Below, piece after piece: positions 1-9,907 of a stretch of DNA of 64,000 bases. Source of the stretch: Azolla caroliniana (Eukaryota > Plantae > Polypodiophyta); the NCBI GenBank assembly GCA_043228905.1, contig JBHGNT010000017.1, positions 1,798,001 to 1,862,000 of the forward strand. Direction: 5' to 3'. A program made the position numbers and the translations under genes. The notes beneath the pieces were generated by a model, which saw only the letters and a list, made by a program, of their open reading frames with translations, was not told the origin of the DNA and did not search any database. How positions within the stretch are numbered: position 1 is the stretch's first letter; each line of letters starts with the position of its first letter.

Positions 1-438
1 ATGATTCATTGGCACGTTCTTAGTGGTGATAAGGAGTGTTTGTCATCGCATCCGGCAATACTAGAATAAGGATAAAATCTGTATGCTTTAGAAGATTGAC
101 CAGGAATTGGCGAATCTGTGGTGGGTTCAGCTTTGTTAAGTGGGATAGTGGGTGGCGGCAAAGTCCATGGGGAGTCATACGTCCGGGTCGGGAGTTACTC
201 TATAAATGAATGACTTATCCTGCTTCTTTGACGTAATCAATTACTCCGCAAGGCATCCATTGCTGTTCATCACTCCCCTTCCCATCTTCAAACGTATTCA
301 TTACGTTGGTTGCAGTTGGTTTCCTCTATTCCAAAACTTCCATCTCTTTCACTCACTCACTCCCCCTCCTCCATCGTATCCTACACTCCGTTCCTCCTCG
401 GTTGGTTTCGACCATCCTTAATATTCCGTTTTCACTAG

Positions 439-3400
439 ATGCCGAGCTTCCCATGCACTCTCCCTCTCCTCTCAATCCTTATTCTCATCATACATTCGGC
501 AATGCCAGCGGAGATTGTGGCTGTGGCGACTGCGCCCGCGCCCACCTCCTCCGATGACATGGCAGTAGCACAAGCACAAGCACAATCACAAGCACAAGCT
601 CTCGTGACAATTAAGGATGCCGTCACCCACGACCCCTCTTCTTGCCTCTCCTCCTGGACCGCCACCTCCACCTCCACCTCCTCCAACTCTACTAATGATG
701 TTATCCACACCACGGCACCGCCCTCCTACTGCCCCTCTAACGGCACTGCCGGCTGGTACGGCCTGCTCTGTGATGACAGCTTCCACATCACCTCCCTCAA
801 CCTCTCCTACTGCGACCTCTCTGGTTCTATCTCCCCTTCTCTCGCTCTTCTCCCTTCCCTCTCTCATCTCGATCTCTCCTACAACAACTTCTCAGGCCCC
901 CTCTCTTCCTCCCTCTTCTTCACCCACCAACCAACCAACTCCTCCAGCCTCACATACCTCGACCTCAGCTACAACGCCCTCCTCTCTGGTGCCATCCCCC
1001 CTTCCCTCATCCTCAACTCCCCAAACCTCCAAACCCTGCGCCTTAGACACACTGGCCTCAGCGGCCTTGTTCCTCCAGAGCTGTGGACCCATCTCCCGGC
1101 TCTTCAGTACCTCTACATCACTGACACCTGGTCCGACTCCTCACCCCCACTTCTCAGCATCTCGCCCACCTCTTTTCCAGCGACTGCGAATTTCTCTTTC
1201 TGTGCTACCATTGAAGCGTTTGTACTGTTTGGCCTTGATGCATCCGGGGCATCCTTTCCCTCTTCCTTGGGAGATTGCCAACAGTTGCAGATCTTGTCCT
1301 TGACTGTCGCGGGTCTACAAGGATCCATCCCCCCATCCATTTGGCAGCTTCCTCACCTCCAAACCCTGGTAATCCAAGATCTTAATGTGATAGACACTGT
1401 GGATGGTTATCCCTACGAGCCACGCCCCTACAAGCTCCACGGGTCACTGCCATCCACTTTTGGCTTCTGTAGCGCTGCTGGATCTACCATCGAAGACATG
1501 TACATAGATGGCATCAATCTCACTGGCCACATTCCTGCTTCTATTGGCACCTGTGCCTCTCTGCAGAATCTGGATCTCTCTCACACAAGCCTGGAAGGCC
1601 CCATCCCTTCTAGCCTCGGCAACCTCACCCAGCTGCAGACCTTGTACCTCCAGAGCAACAACCTGACAGGCAAGATACCAGCTGCGCTCGGTAGCTGCTC
1701 ACAACTCACCGACCTTCGACTGGGGTTCAACCCTCTCATGGGTTCCATCCCCAGTGAGCTGGGAATGCTCATAAACCTCCAGGTACTCTCTCTCTTTACG
1801 GCCAACCTTGAGGGTCCAGTTCCCGTTGCGCTTTGCAACTGTACCCAAATGGAATGGTTCGACGTGGGGTGGATGCCCCAATCTGATGTCTTCACCTTCC
1901 TTCCACCAGAATATCCCCTGTCCCTGGGTCTTACAGGGAGCATACCTGAATGTTTCAGTAGAATGCCAAACCTACAAACGCTGGCATGGCAGCTTAGCCA
2001 CCTTGACGGGGGGTTCCCTACGAAAGCATTGCAGAATTTAACGCAGCTTCAATACTTGGATCTGACTTACTGCGGATTGGAAGCCACCTTTCCTCCTGAG
2101 TTCGGCTGGAATTTTCCAGATCTACAACATCTGAACCTCGAGTATAACCACTTAACAGGGTCCATTCCACCACAGATGGGTCAGCTTCCCAACCTGGAAC
2201 TACTCCATTTAGGTTCTAATGATCTGAATGGAACAATCCCAGAACAACTCCTCCAAGGCCTGGCACAATACAGCACCCTCACTACTCTCCATCTCGGTAG
2301 CAATGCTCTGGAGGGATCCATATCTTCCTCCTTTTGTGGCATCGCAAGCCTGCAAACGCTAGTTTTGGGTACCAACAACTTTAAGGGCAGTATACCAGCG
2401 TGCTTGGGGAGCTTGGAAGCTCTCACAAACTTAGATCTTGGACAAAACAACCTCACAGGAAGCATTCCTCCATCTCTCGGCCGCCTAATAAACACAGAGA
2501 GCTTAACATTAAATACCAATGAGCTTTCTGGATACATTCCTCTCGAAATCGGGGCATTGATAAAGCTGCAGAAATTAGACCTCTCCACAAACAGCCTGGA
2601 AGGGATCGTCCCTGTTGACGCTTTACATAATCTGTCTGGTCTTCTGACTTTACGACTCTCTCAAAACAATTTGAGTGGGAAGATAGAGAGCTTGGACCTG
2701 TCCAAGATGCCCAACCTCCAGACTTTTGGTGCCTATGGAAATGCTTTAGAAGGGGGCCTACCTGCTGGCATTACGGAGAATAAGGGACTGGTCATCTTCG
2801 ATGTGCAGGGGAACAAATATCTCACCGGATCCTTAGGCAATACTACTACTGTTGACATAACTGGTTTATCCAAGCTCAGGGTGCTCTCGGTGAGCTACAA
2901 CCAGCTTAGCGGCGACATCCCCGGTTGGGTTTGGAAGCTTCCCAGTCTGCAGGCACTGGACCTCTCCAACAATCGCTTCAGCGGCCGCTTCCCTGCGTCT
3001 CTAACGCACCTCTCCTACTTCAAGCTCAATGAAAGCTCAGACAGGAACCAGACTACCCTCTACGAGGAGGTGCCGGTCATTCTCAAGAACACTGTCTTCA
3101 TTCTCAAATATGTTCTGAGTACCCGTATCTACTTTGATGTGTCCCTGAATGATCTGGAAGGCGAAATTCCAGAGAGCTTCGGGGAGCTGCAAGGTCTGAC
3201 AGGAGCCAACCTGTCCCACAACCGAATCAGCGGCACAATACCTGCGGGTACATTTGGGAGATTGATGGAGTTGGAGGTGCTGGATCTCTCCTACAACCAG
3301 CTCAGCGGTGGCATCCCACAAGATCTCACGTCTCTGGGCAGCCTCTCTACTCTAGACCTGGCCCACAACCAACTGGAAGGACCAATCCCCACACAGAACA

Positions 3401-3645
3401 ACTTCAATACCAGGGTCTCATCTGCCAGCTTTGAGAACAACCCGGGCCTGTGTGGCTACCCTCTTTCCACCTCCTGCAACACAAGCATTGATGATGCTAG
3501 TAGTGATGTGGGCACCACTGCCAGGCAAACACAGCAATTGATCGTGATTTGGTTCAATGAGTTCGTATCTCCATGGGCGCTTCTGGTGGGCTATCCGACT
3601 GGACTTGCACTTGGCATATTCGTCTGCCGTACCCGGTCCTTATAA
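439..3645 (+). CDS. LRR receptor-like protein (RLP), single exon, 1068 aa
   Basis: Signal peptide, LRRNT cap (LSSW...C...WYGLLC), many plant LRRs (LxxLxxLdLsxNxLsGxIP), island region, C-cap SFENNPGLCGYPL..C, TM helix and short tail; no kinase domain. TATAAA at 201. Confidence 0.95.
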   Translation: MPSFPCTLPLLSILILIIHSAMPAEIVAVATAPAPTSSDDMAVAQAQAQSQAQALVTIKDAVTHDPSSCLSSWTATSTSTSSNSTNDVIHTTAPPSYCPSNGTAGWYGLLCDDSFHITSLNLSYCDLSGSISPSLALLPSLSHLDLSYNNFSGPLSSSLFFTHQPTNSSSLTYLDLSYNALLSGAIPPSLILNSPNLQTLRLRHTGLSGLVPPELWTHLPALQYLYITDTWSDSSPPLLSISPTSFPATANFSFCATIEAFVLFGLDASGASFPSSLGDCQQLQILSLTVAGLQGSIPPSIWQLPHLQTLVIQDLNVIDTVDGYPYEPRPYKLHGSLPSTFGFCSAAGSTIEDMYIDGINLTGHIPASIGTCASLQNLDLSHTSLEGPIPSSLGNLTQLQTLYLQSNNLTGKIPAALGSCSQLTDLRLGFNPLMGSIPSELGMLINLQVLSLFTANLEGPVPVALCNCTQMEWFDVGWMPQSDVFTFLPPEYPLSLGLTGSIPECFSRMPNLQTLAWQLSHLDGGFPTKALQNLTQLQYLDLTYCGLEATFPPEFGWNFPDLQHLNLEYNHLTGSIPPQMGQLPNLELLHLGSNDLNGTIPEQLLQGLAQYSTLTTLHLGSNALEGSISSSFCGIASLQTLVLGTNNFKGSIPACLGSLEALTNLDLGQNNLTGSIPPSLGRLINTESLTLNTNELSGYIPLEIGALIKLQKLDLSTNSLEGIVPVDALHNLSGLLTLRLSQNNLSGKIESLDLSKMPNLQTFGAYGNALEGGLPAGITENKGLVIFDVQGNKYLTGSLGNTTTVDITGLSKLRVLSVSYNQLSGDIPGWVWKLPSLQALDLSNNRFSGRFPASLTHLSYFKLNESSDRNQTTLYEEVPVILKNTVFILKYVLSTRIYFDVSLNDLEGEIPESFGELQGLTGANLSHNRISGTIPAGTFGRLMELEVLDLSYNQLSGGIPQDLTSLGSLSTLDLAHNQLEGPIPTQNNFNTRVSSASFENNPGLCGYPLSTSCNTSIDDASSDVGTTARQTQQLIVIWFNEFVSPWALLVGYPTGLALGIFVCRTRSL

Positions 3646-3792
3646 GGACAACCATAAAAGAAAACAATGTAAATATGTAAATAGAAAAAATTGAATAAAA
3701 GTCCATGGCCTAATGGTTAAGCTTATCGATGATCTCTTATTTTATTGAGCTAGCATTTGGTTTTTCGTCTATCATACCATCTGTCTGTGGTG

Positions 3793-3830
3793 TTGGTAGC
3801 CCACTGACGCTGAGATCATACAGGCGCGTC
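3793..3830 (+). pseudogene. Decayed U2 snRNA 3'-end remnant
   Basis: TTGGTAGCCCACTGACGCTGAGATCATACAGGCGCG aligns with the U2 3' end at ~5665-5700 (TTGGTATTGCACCAATGCCGAGGTCATATAGGCGCG) and holds the same position relative to the duplicated spacer. Confidence 0.5.
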
Positions 3831-3932
3831 CCCCACCCCACTATAATCACCCATAATCTTCACAGCCATAAGCTCTCTATTCTCTGGTTGGGCCACTAAT
3901 GCGGATCCAATGCCCAAATGTAAATAATGCAC

Positions 3933-4627
3933 GACCTGAACATGAACAAGCAATGGGTAGTGTAGGGCTGGTAGATAACTGCCTGTTTGCCTACGATTCT
4001 CTTTACACTTCCTATTGCTTGGGGTTATGTATACCCATGATTATCTGCACCCGTATCATGGTCAAAATTGAACGGCATATTGAGGGATGATCATGGGTGT
4101 ATAGACATACCATGTGATGCTTCCTACGCGACTGATCTATATTTATTTATTTATGCCTCCATATCCAATCCATGATTCTGTCTGTCTATATTATATATTT
4201 ACGTATATTTGACTCCATCTTTACTCCATGTCCCCCTATCGTTTGTTTATCCCTTCTGTATACATACATGACGACTCCACCCCATCGCTGCTAATTTACA
4301 TCATATACATGTACTCCTCTACACCGTCACATACATGTACTCCCTCTACCCCGTCCCGTCTTCTGTTATTTACATCACATACATCTAAAGTATATTTACC
4401 CCCATATGTCATTTACACATTACGTAGTCCGTTTAAACCCAATTTTCGGTCGGACATTCAGAGTTTGATTGATTTTGAGAAAGCGAACGCGAGCCCCCGC
4501 TGCCACAAATTATGACGTGCACTCTCCCACATTGGGGAGATGCTAGGGCAAACAGCCCCTTCCGGCAGTGCAATGGAGGCACCGGCCCTGAGCCATCGGC
4601 CTTGCTGATCACCGATAGACCCCGTCC
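3933..4627. repeat. Copy 1 of a diverged tandem duplication (spacer plus U1); copy 2 at ~6061-6722
   Basis: Shared blocks such as AACAAGCAATGGGTA, GCTGGTAGATAACTGCC, CATGTGATGCTTCCTAC, ATGCCTCCATATCCAATCCATGATTCTGTCTGTCT and GGACATTCAGAGTTTG. Confidence 0.9.
4483..4627 (-). pseudogene. U1: U1 snRNA pseudogene or truncated variant
   Basis: Near-identical to the U1 at 6569-6732 across SL1-SL3 and the Sm site, but the first 10 nt (ATACTTACCT) are absent and the 3' strand of SL4 (8-9 nt) is deleted. Confidence 0.9.
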
Positions 4628-5416
4628 TATATAAACGTAGTTGTGGTGTAAGACATCGATGAATGGGGTCGAGGCCCCAACCCGTGTGTTGTTGCCTCTC
4701 GAGTTCTTGGGGAGAATATGTATCTGCTCTATTGGTGGAAGGTGAAGTAAATGTCACTCCGCCTTTACTTTGCGTGCGCTCGTATTGGTCGAGACATGCT
4801 TTGTATTAGGATGGAGGACAATGCACGACATGTTAAAGGGATGTTCAAAAAGTCGAGCACAACGTTGTCATCAAGTATGAGCACACGAATGGGCAAATTT
4901 TACCTGTACATGTACATGTGCATCTAGAATACATGCATCCCTCGAAGCCAAGATGCTCAACATTCGATAAATGAACATAAAACCAAGAGAGAATGCGAGT
5001 GCGAACTTTCTCAGTTAGTTGAAATAGAGGAGAAGCTAAAGAAGAGGAGGTAGGAAACTTCCTCAACACCAAGATGCTCAACATTCAATATGGGAGGGAA
5101 TGAGACCAACATGGTCGCTACTACTGTACGAGTCCCTTGCAAGCCAACAATCGTCAAGAACTTAACGCAAGGATAAGAGGAAGCGATTTGGGGTTATGTA
5201 GTCGTACGTACGGATAGGTGCACGTGGATTCGAGATGGAGTGAGTTGGGGAAGCAAGGCGACATTGAGCTTTGTAATGTGGATTATGTATGTATGGAGCG
5301 AGGTGCAAGAGAAGCAACCAAGCTTTCGTGAAGGTTGTTATTATACATGGTATTGTTATTTGGTGTGGGAGGAGAAAAGGTTAACATACGTAACTGTAGA
5401 TAAGAGGGGGGAAGAT

Positions 5417-5457
5417 ATCCCACATGGGGAGTCCTGCTCACGCTCAGCCTATAAGTA
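5417..5457 (+). promoter_or_regulatory. U2 snRNA promoter (USE plus TATA)
   Basis: ATCCCACATGG at 5417-5427 (plant USE consensus RTCCCACATCG) and TATAAGTA at 5450, -33 from +1. Confidence 0.85.
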
Positions 5458-5482
5458 TGGAAGTAGAAGCACAAAAGAAATC

Positions 5483-5705
5483 ATACCTTTCTCGGCCTTT
5501 TGGCTAAGATCAAGTGTAGTATCTGTTCTTATCAGTTAAATATCTGATGTGTGGCCTATAAGGCCACATCATAGTAACCTAATTTCTTTCTTGGGGGTAG
5601 CACCTGTTCGAGGCAGCTTGCTGTCTCTGGGAGCTGCGTGTCTCTGGGAGCTGCGTGCGTCGCCTTGGTATTGCACCAATGCCGAGGTCATATAGGCGCG
5701 CTCCA
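5483..5705 (+). ncRNA. U2: U2 spliceosomal snRNA (variant with internal duplications)
   Basis: Canonical plant 5' end ATACCTTTCTCGGCCTTTTGGCTAAGATCAAGTGTAGTATCTGTTCTTATCAG with branch-point recognition GTAGTA; SL4 loop ATTGCAC. The 3' end is approximate. Confidence 0.95.
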
Positions 5706-6568
5706 CATACAATAACGACCAATATATTCTTTGTTGAAGGATAAATGATCAATAAATCAATAATGCGACGAAGTCTCTATATTTCTTATGTTCTGTAAGA
5801 TAAGTTAATTGAACCTTCATTGTTTGCTGTATCGGATGGTTAATGTGGGCGGGATGGATATTTATCTGGAAGCCACACATGGGGAAGTAAAATTACTGCG
5901 GTGCAGGATCCGAGAAGCAACTGCTTAATGGACAGACATGGAAAATAGGGCGTTTAGCTGGGAAGGGCCCATAATAGATCTGACCAAGTCCATCGCATTC
6001 ACACGGCGAAGACTTGACAACGGTACGCTTGCTATTCTCTGATGGGGACCACGAAGGCGGACCCGAACCTAAACAAGCAATGGGTACTACCCAGTGTAGG
6101 CCTAGCTGGTAGATAACTGCCCGTTTGCCTACATTCTCTTTACACCTATTGGTTGGGGTATGTATAGCCGTGATTTTCTGCACCTGTATCATGGTAAGAA
6201 TTTGGCGGCATCTATAGCATGTCCAGGAGTGTATAGGCCTGCCATGTGATGCTTCCTACCCGACTGATCTATAGATATATTTATATGCCTCCATATCCAA
6301 TCCATGATTCTGTCTGTCTCTATTATATATATATATATTTGCCTCCACTCTTTACAACATGTCCCCCCTATCGTTTATTTATCTCTTTTCTATACATATC
6401 CATGACCACTCCACCCCATATGTGCTATATATACATAACATGTCTTCTGTTATTTTGAATCACATAACATGTAAATTATGTATAACCGCCAATGTCATTT
6501 ACACATTATGTAATCCATTTACATTTACTTTCAATAGGACATTCAGAGTTTGTTTTGATTGATTGAGA

Positions 6569-6732
6569 AGGGGGCCGCGCGAACGCGAGCCCCCGCTGCC
6601 ACAAATTATGACGTGCACTCTCCCACATTGGGGAGATGCTAGGGCAAACAGCCCCTCCGGCAGTGCAATGGAGGCGCCGGCCCTAAGCCATCGGCCTTGC
6701 TGATCACCGATAGACCCCGCCCAGGTAAGTAT
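6569..6732 (-). ncRNA. U1: U1 spliceosomal snRNA, intact, ~164 nt
   Basis: Minus strand begins ATACTTACCTGG; SL1 loop GATCAGCAAG, SL2 loop ATTGCACT, Sm site AATTTGTG, SL4 GGGGGCTCGCGTTCGCGCGGCCCCC. Confidence 0.97.
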
Positions 6733-6756
6733 GTTTAGCTGCTGCTCAAACCACTC

Positions 6757-6797
6757 AATTTATAGCTCCCTTCTTCCCCGTCCTCTCTATGTGGGAC
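6757..6797 (-). promoter_or_regulatory. U1 snRNA promoter (USE plus TATA)
   Basis: Minus strand GTCCCACATAG at 6797-6787 and TATAAATT at 6764-6757, -32 from +1. Confidence 0.85.
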
Positions 6798-7299
6798 AAA
6801 TAGAAGATATACTCTATCTACACTTTTCCATTTCTGCTCGCCCATGACACACTCAGCACTACTACTACTAAGTTACGAACCATCCCATCCTATGATGTTT
6901 CTCTCATTGCACCATGATCCAACATCTCCTCTACACAATCTATCCCACCACCAAAATTACTGCTATTTAGTTGGTGGCTCGGTGTGTATGTCTCCCTTTA
7001 ACCCCCTCACATGTACTTATAGAGAGCTCACACATCACACATACCAGCCCCACCTTGGTTTTCTCTTTTATACAAATTTTATGTACATTTCAATGTTGCG
7101 AGGGTTTTGGAACTTGTAGAATATCGGGGGGAGTGAAACATGAATGCATTGCGCATGTGCAGCCAATGAGCCCTCACACTCTCTTAGCACCAACCGAGAC
7201 GTCGATATGTGCCTTTGCCGCTTGGGCAATCTCTCATAAGAGTTGCACATAGTACCAACCATCACTTCCCTTCTCCCAATCATACAAAGTGCCCAAATA

Positions 7300-8700
7300 T
7301 AAGGAGGGGATACGTTGTTTTAAAGCAAGAACCCCAACCTAAATATGGCAAGTTTTGGACGAAACGGGCGGATTGTGGTGGATGAGCAAGCCAAGTCGAA
7401 CTGTCCATGTTCGAAAAAAACACTCGATGTATTACTATGTTGCTTGGTGTCAAGGACGACAAGGTTAGACCAATATTTAAAAATTTTGCAACTTTTTCTC
7501 AACAAATTTCATGGTGTTCAATGCGGTTGACTTTGTTAAATTTGTTTTCACTGTCTCAACCGGATGACTCATGTATCAATTCTTCATTTAGTAAATACAA
7601 TATTGCAACACATCCAGGGCGGGTTAAGGTTATCCTCGACGCCCAGACACCAACAAATGCTTATGCATGGACCATGGTCTACATTCCATGGGCAAATTCA
7701 CTCGCCCACCAAGCTTGGAGGGCAAAACCTGGCCCTCTATAGTGGACATTGTGCGCATGAACGAAGATTGAATAAAAAACATATACATAACTAATGCTTT
7801 TGCTATCAAAAGCATGAAAAGCTCAATTGCATAACTACAACAAAGAGTTCCAAGTTTTTACAAGCACATTCGATGTGGCGATCCGAATCATACATGTGTA
7901 GCCTCTATAATTTGATTCAATGTGCATCAATCTCCATGTGATGTTGTGTAAATTCACAGGTGACAACATTTGTTACATGGGAACCCAACCCACAAGAGTT
8001 CATAGCTTGATTGTTGTGTCCAACACATGAACTGGAGCCTTAATGAGAACGAGAAATCCATAATTGAAAACATTTGAACTGAAGTGTGCCTGGGAAGTTA
8101 GAACCCCAAGCACGAGGGTTGATTACTTGAATAACATGTTGGATAACATGTTGGGTATACGAACCGAACCCACGGAAGCTCGAGGCTTACGAGCAAAGAA
8201 TTTGAGCAAAACGTTAGAGCTCCCAGACAAAAGAAGAGGACAACCTAACAACTTACTCATACACGACACTTGACTACGCAAAGCATAGAGCAATTGAGTG
8301 CCTGGTAAATGCTGAAACCTAACCTTTGAAAAGGAGCACCTTGTAGCGCTCAACCCTCAAGGAGGCCAATCTTGCAACTTGATTCTAGGACCAATCAATT
8401 GCATCCATTATAGATGGAAAGGACACCCCAACAACCAAATACCAAAATTACACATGAACTATAACAAGAATCAACTCTCCAACAATTCCATAACCAATCA
8501 GTGCCATATATTGGACCTTCCTATATTTGGTTGCAATTTCTTTGATGCATTTCCAAGTACAACCATATGAGAGTTGCAACACAAGGTCAACACAAGATAA
8601 ACCTTGCCACCAAACTTGACACATTTGCATATGAGAAAATGTTATTCCAACACAAGTGTGTTGAAAGATTTCAACATGTGGCATATCAAGAAAGCATAGA
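7300..8700 (-). mobile_element. Highly degraded LINE-like remnant (uncertain)
   Basis: Broken minus-strand ORF pieces (e.g. VWWQGLSCVDLV..WKCIKEIA) resembling L1 coding sequence; no diagnostic motif is intact. Confidence 0.25.
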
Positions 8701-9745
8701 GAGTTTAAGTTGTTTTTGAACCCATTTATATTTCACATTTGGGTTAAACATGTGCTTGCTTAGAAAGATGGTAAAATAAGATGATAGCAATACTATTTGT
8801 TATCATGAATCAAATTTCCAATGTAATCATATGTCATTCCAATCCTAGATAATCTGTTCAAAATATCGTGCTAATTGAAATTCCACAGCTAAATCAACTT
8901 ATACAAAGAAAGCCAATTGCACCACTAAATTGGAGTCACATATGATTATGAATTTGTAGTTGCAATAGTTAAGATACTCACCATTACCATGGAAATATCA
9001 TTTTTGAAAGCATGATACTTTGACCCACTACATTTGGATAATCTATCACCCCACATTCACAAAAATGTAACCTCCATATCTGACTGATTATGGACTCTGG
9101 TAGTGTTTAGACTAAGTCATTGTCTTGGTAATAAGTGTACTTCCAATCATTTTAGACTTGAAATTAACAATACCTTTTACTACTTCAACATTGCATTTTA
9201 CAAACATCTATTTAATATTTTGCAAGTGGAGATCAGTGACATAATGTCTAGAATCTTGTTATAAACAAATGGTAACAATTACCAAGTAGTCTAATAAGTG
9301 GCAATGAATAATTTCAAACACTTACGGTATCCATCTTATCTTTTCTGGATGTTATGATATTCTATGAGTGACCTCCTTAATAAACACACACCAACAATAT
9401 TGTATATTATTCCCATTGGATTAGTCGAATGCACAAAACTAGCAACTAAAAACATTCAAATTTAATTAATTCTTTAATAATGTGAAAAGAACCTCAATTT
9501 ATGTCAGTTATAGCTATCCAAACACAAGATACAAACTATGGAGTTATGCATTAAGGTTTTATAGCCAAACATCAACACTTCAAGACATTATCTAATCCAT
9601 ATGATGCAAGTTCAGAAAATAAATACTTGCATTTATAAACAACTCAAGGGCTGTGGTCCATACTTATGATACAAGCCCAAACTTTTTTGAACCTTACATT
9701 TAAAATACATCATTGTAAATAAGGTAGCCCTAAGAAGGTCCACAT

Positions 9746-9843
9746 TCATCTAACTAAAAAATAGACAAGAAGAAACACAGCAACAAAGACTGCAACCATC
9801 GTCAACAAGCTTTTACCTGATTTGGCTTCAAAAACCTATCAAG

Positions 9844-9907
<64 letters not shown>

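Noticed and set aside
617-1303. 228-aa Pro/Ser/Thr-rich overlapping ORF
   Set aside because: Alternative-frame by-product of the C-rich codon usage in the RLP 5' region.
160-3708. 11-bp direct repeat AAAGTCCATGG (160-170 and 3698-3708) flanking the intronless RLP, suggesting a retrocopy or Pack-MULE TSD
   Set aside because: The TATA box lies inside the repeats, there are no TIRs and no clean poly(A), RLPs are often intronless, and a chance match is plausible.
5842-5885. Extra USE-like motifs (GCCCACAT on minus, GCCACACATGG on plus) in the U2-U1 spacer
   Set aside because: No TATA at the expected distance and no recognisable RNA gene downstream.
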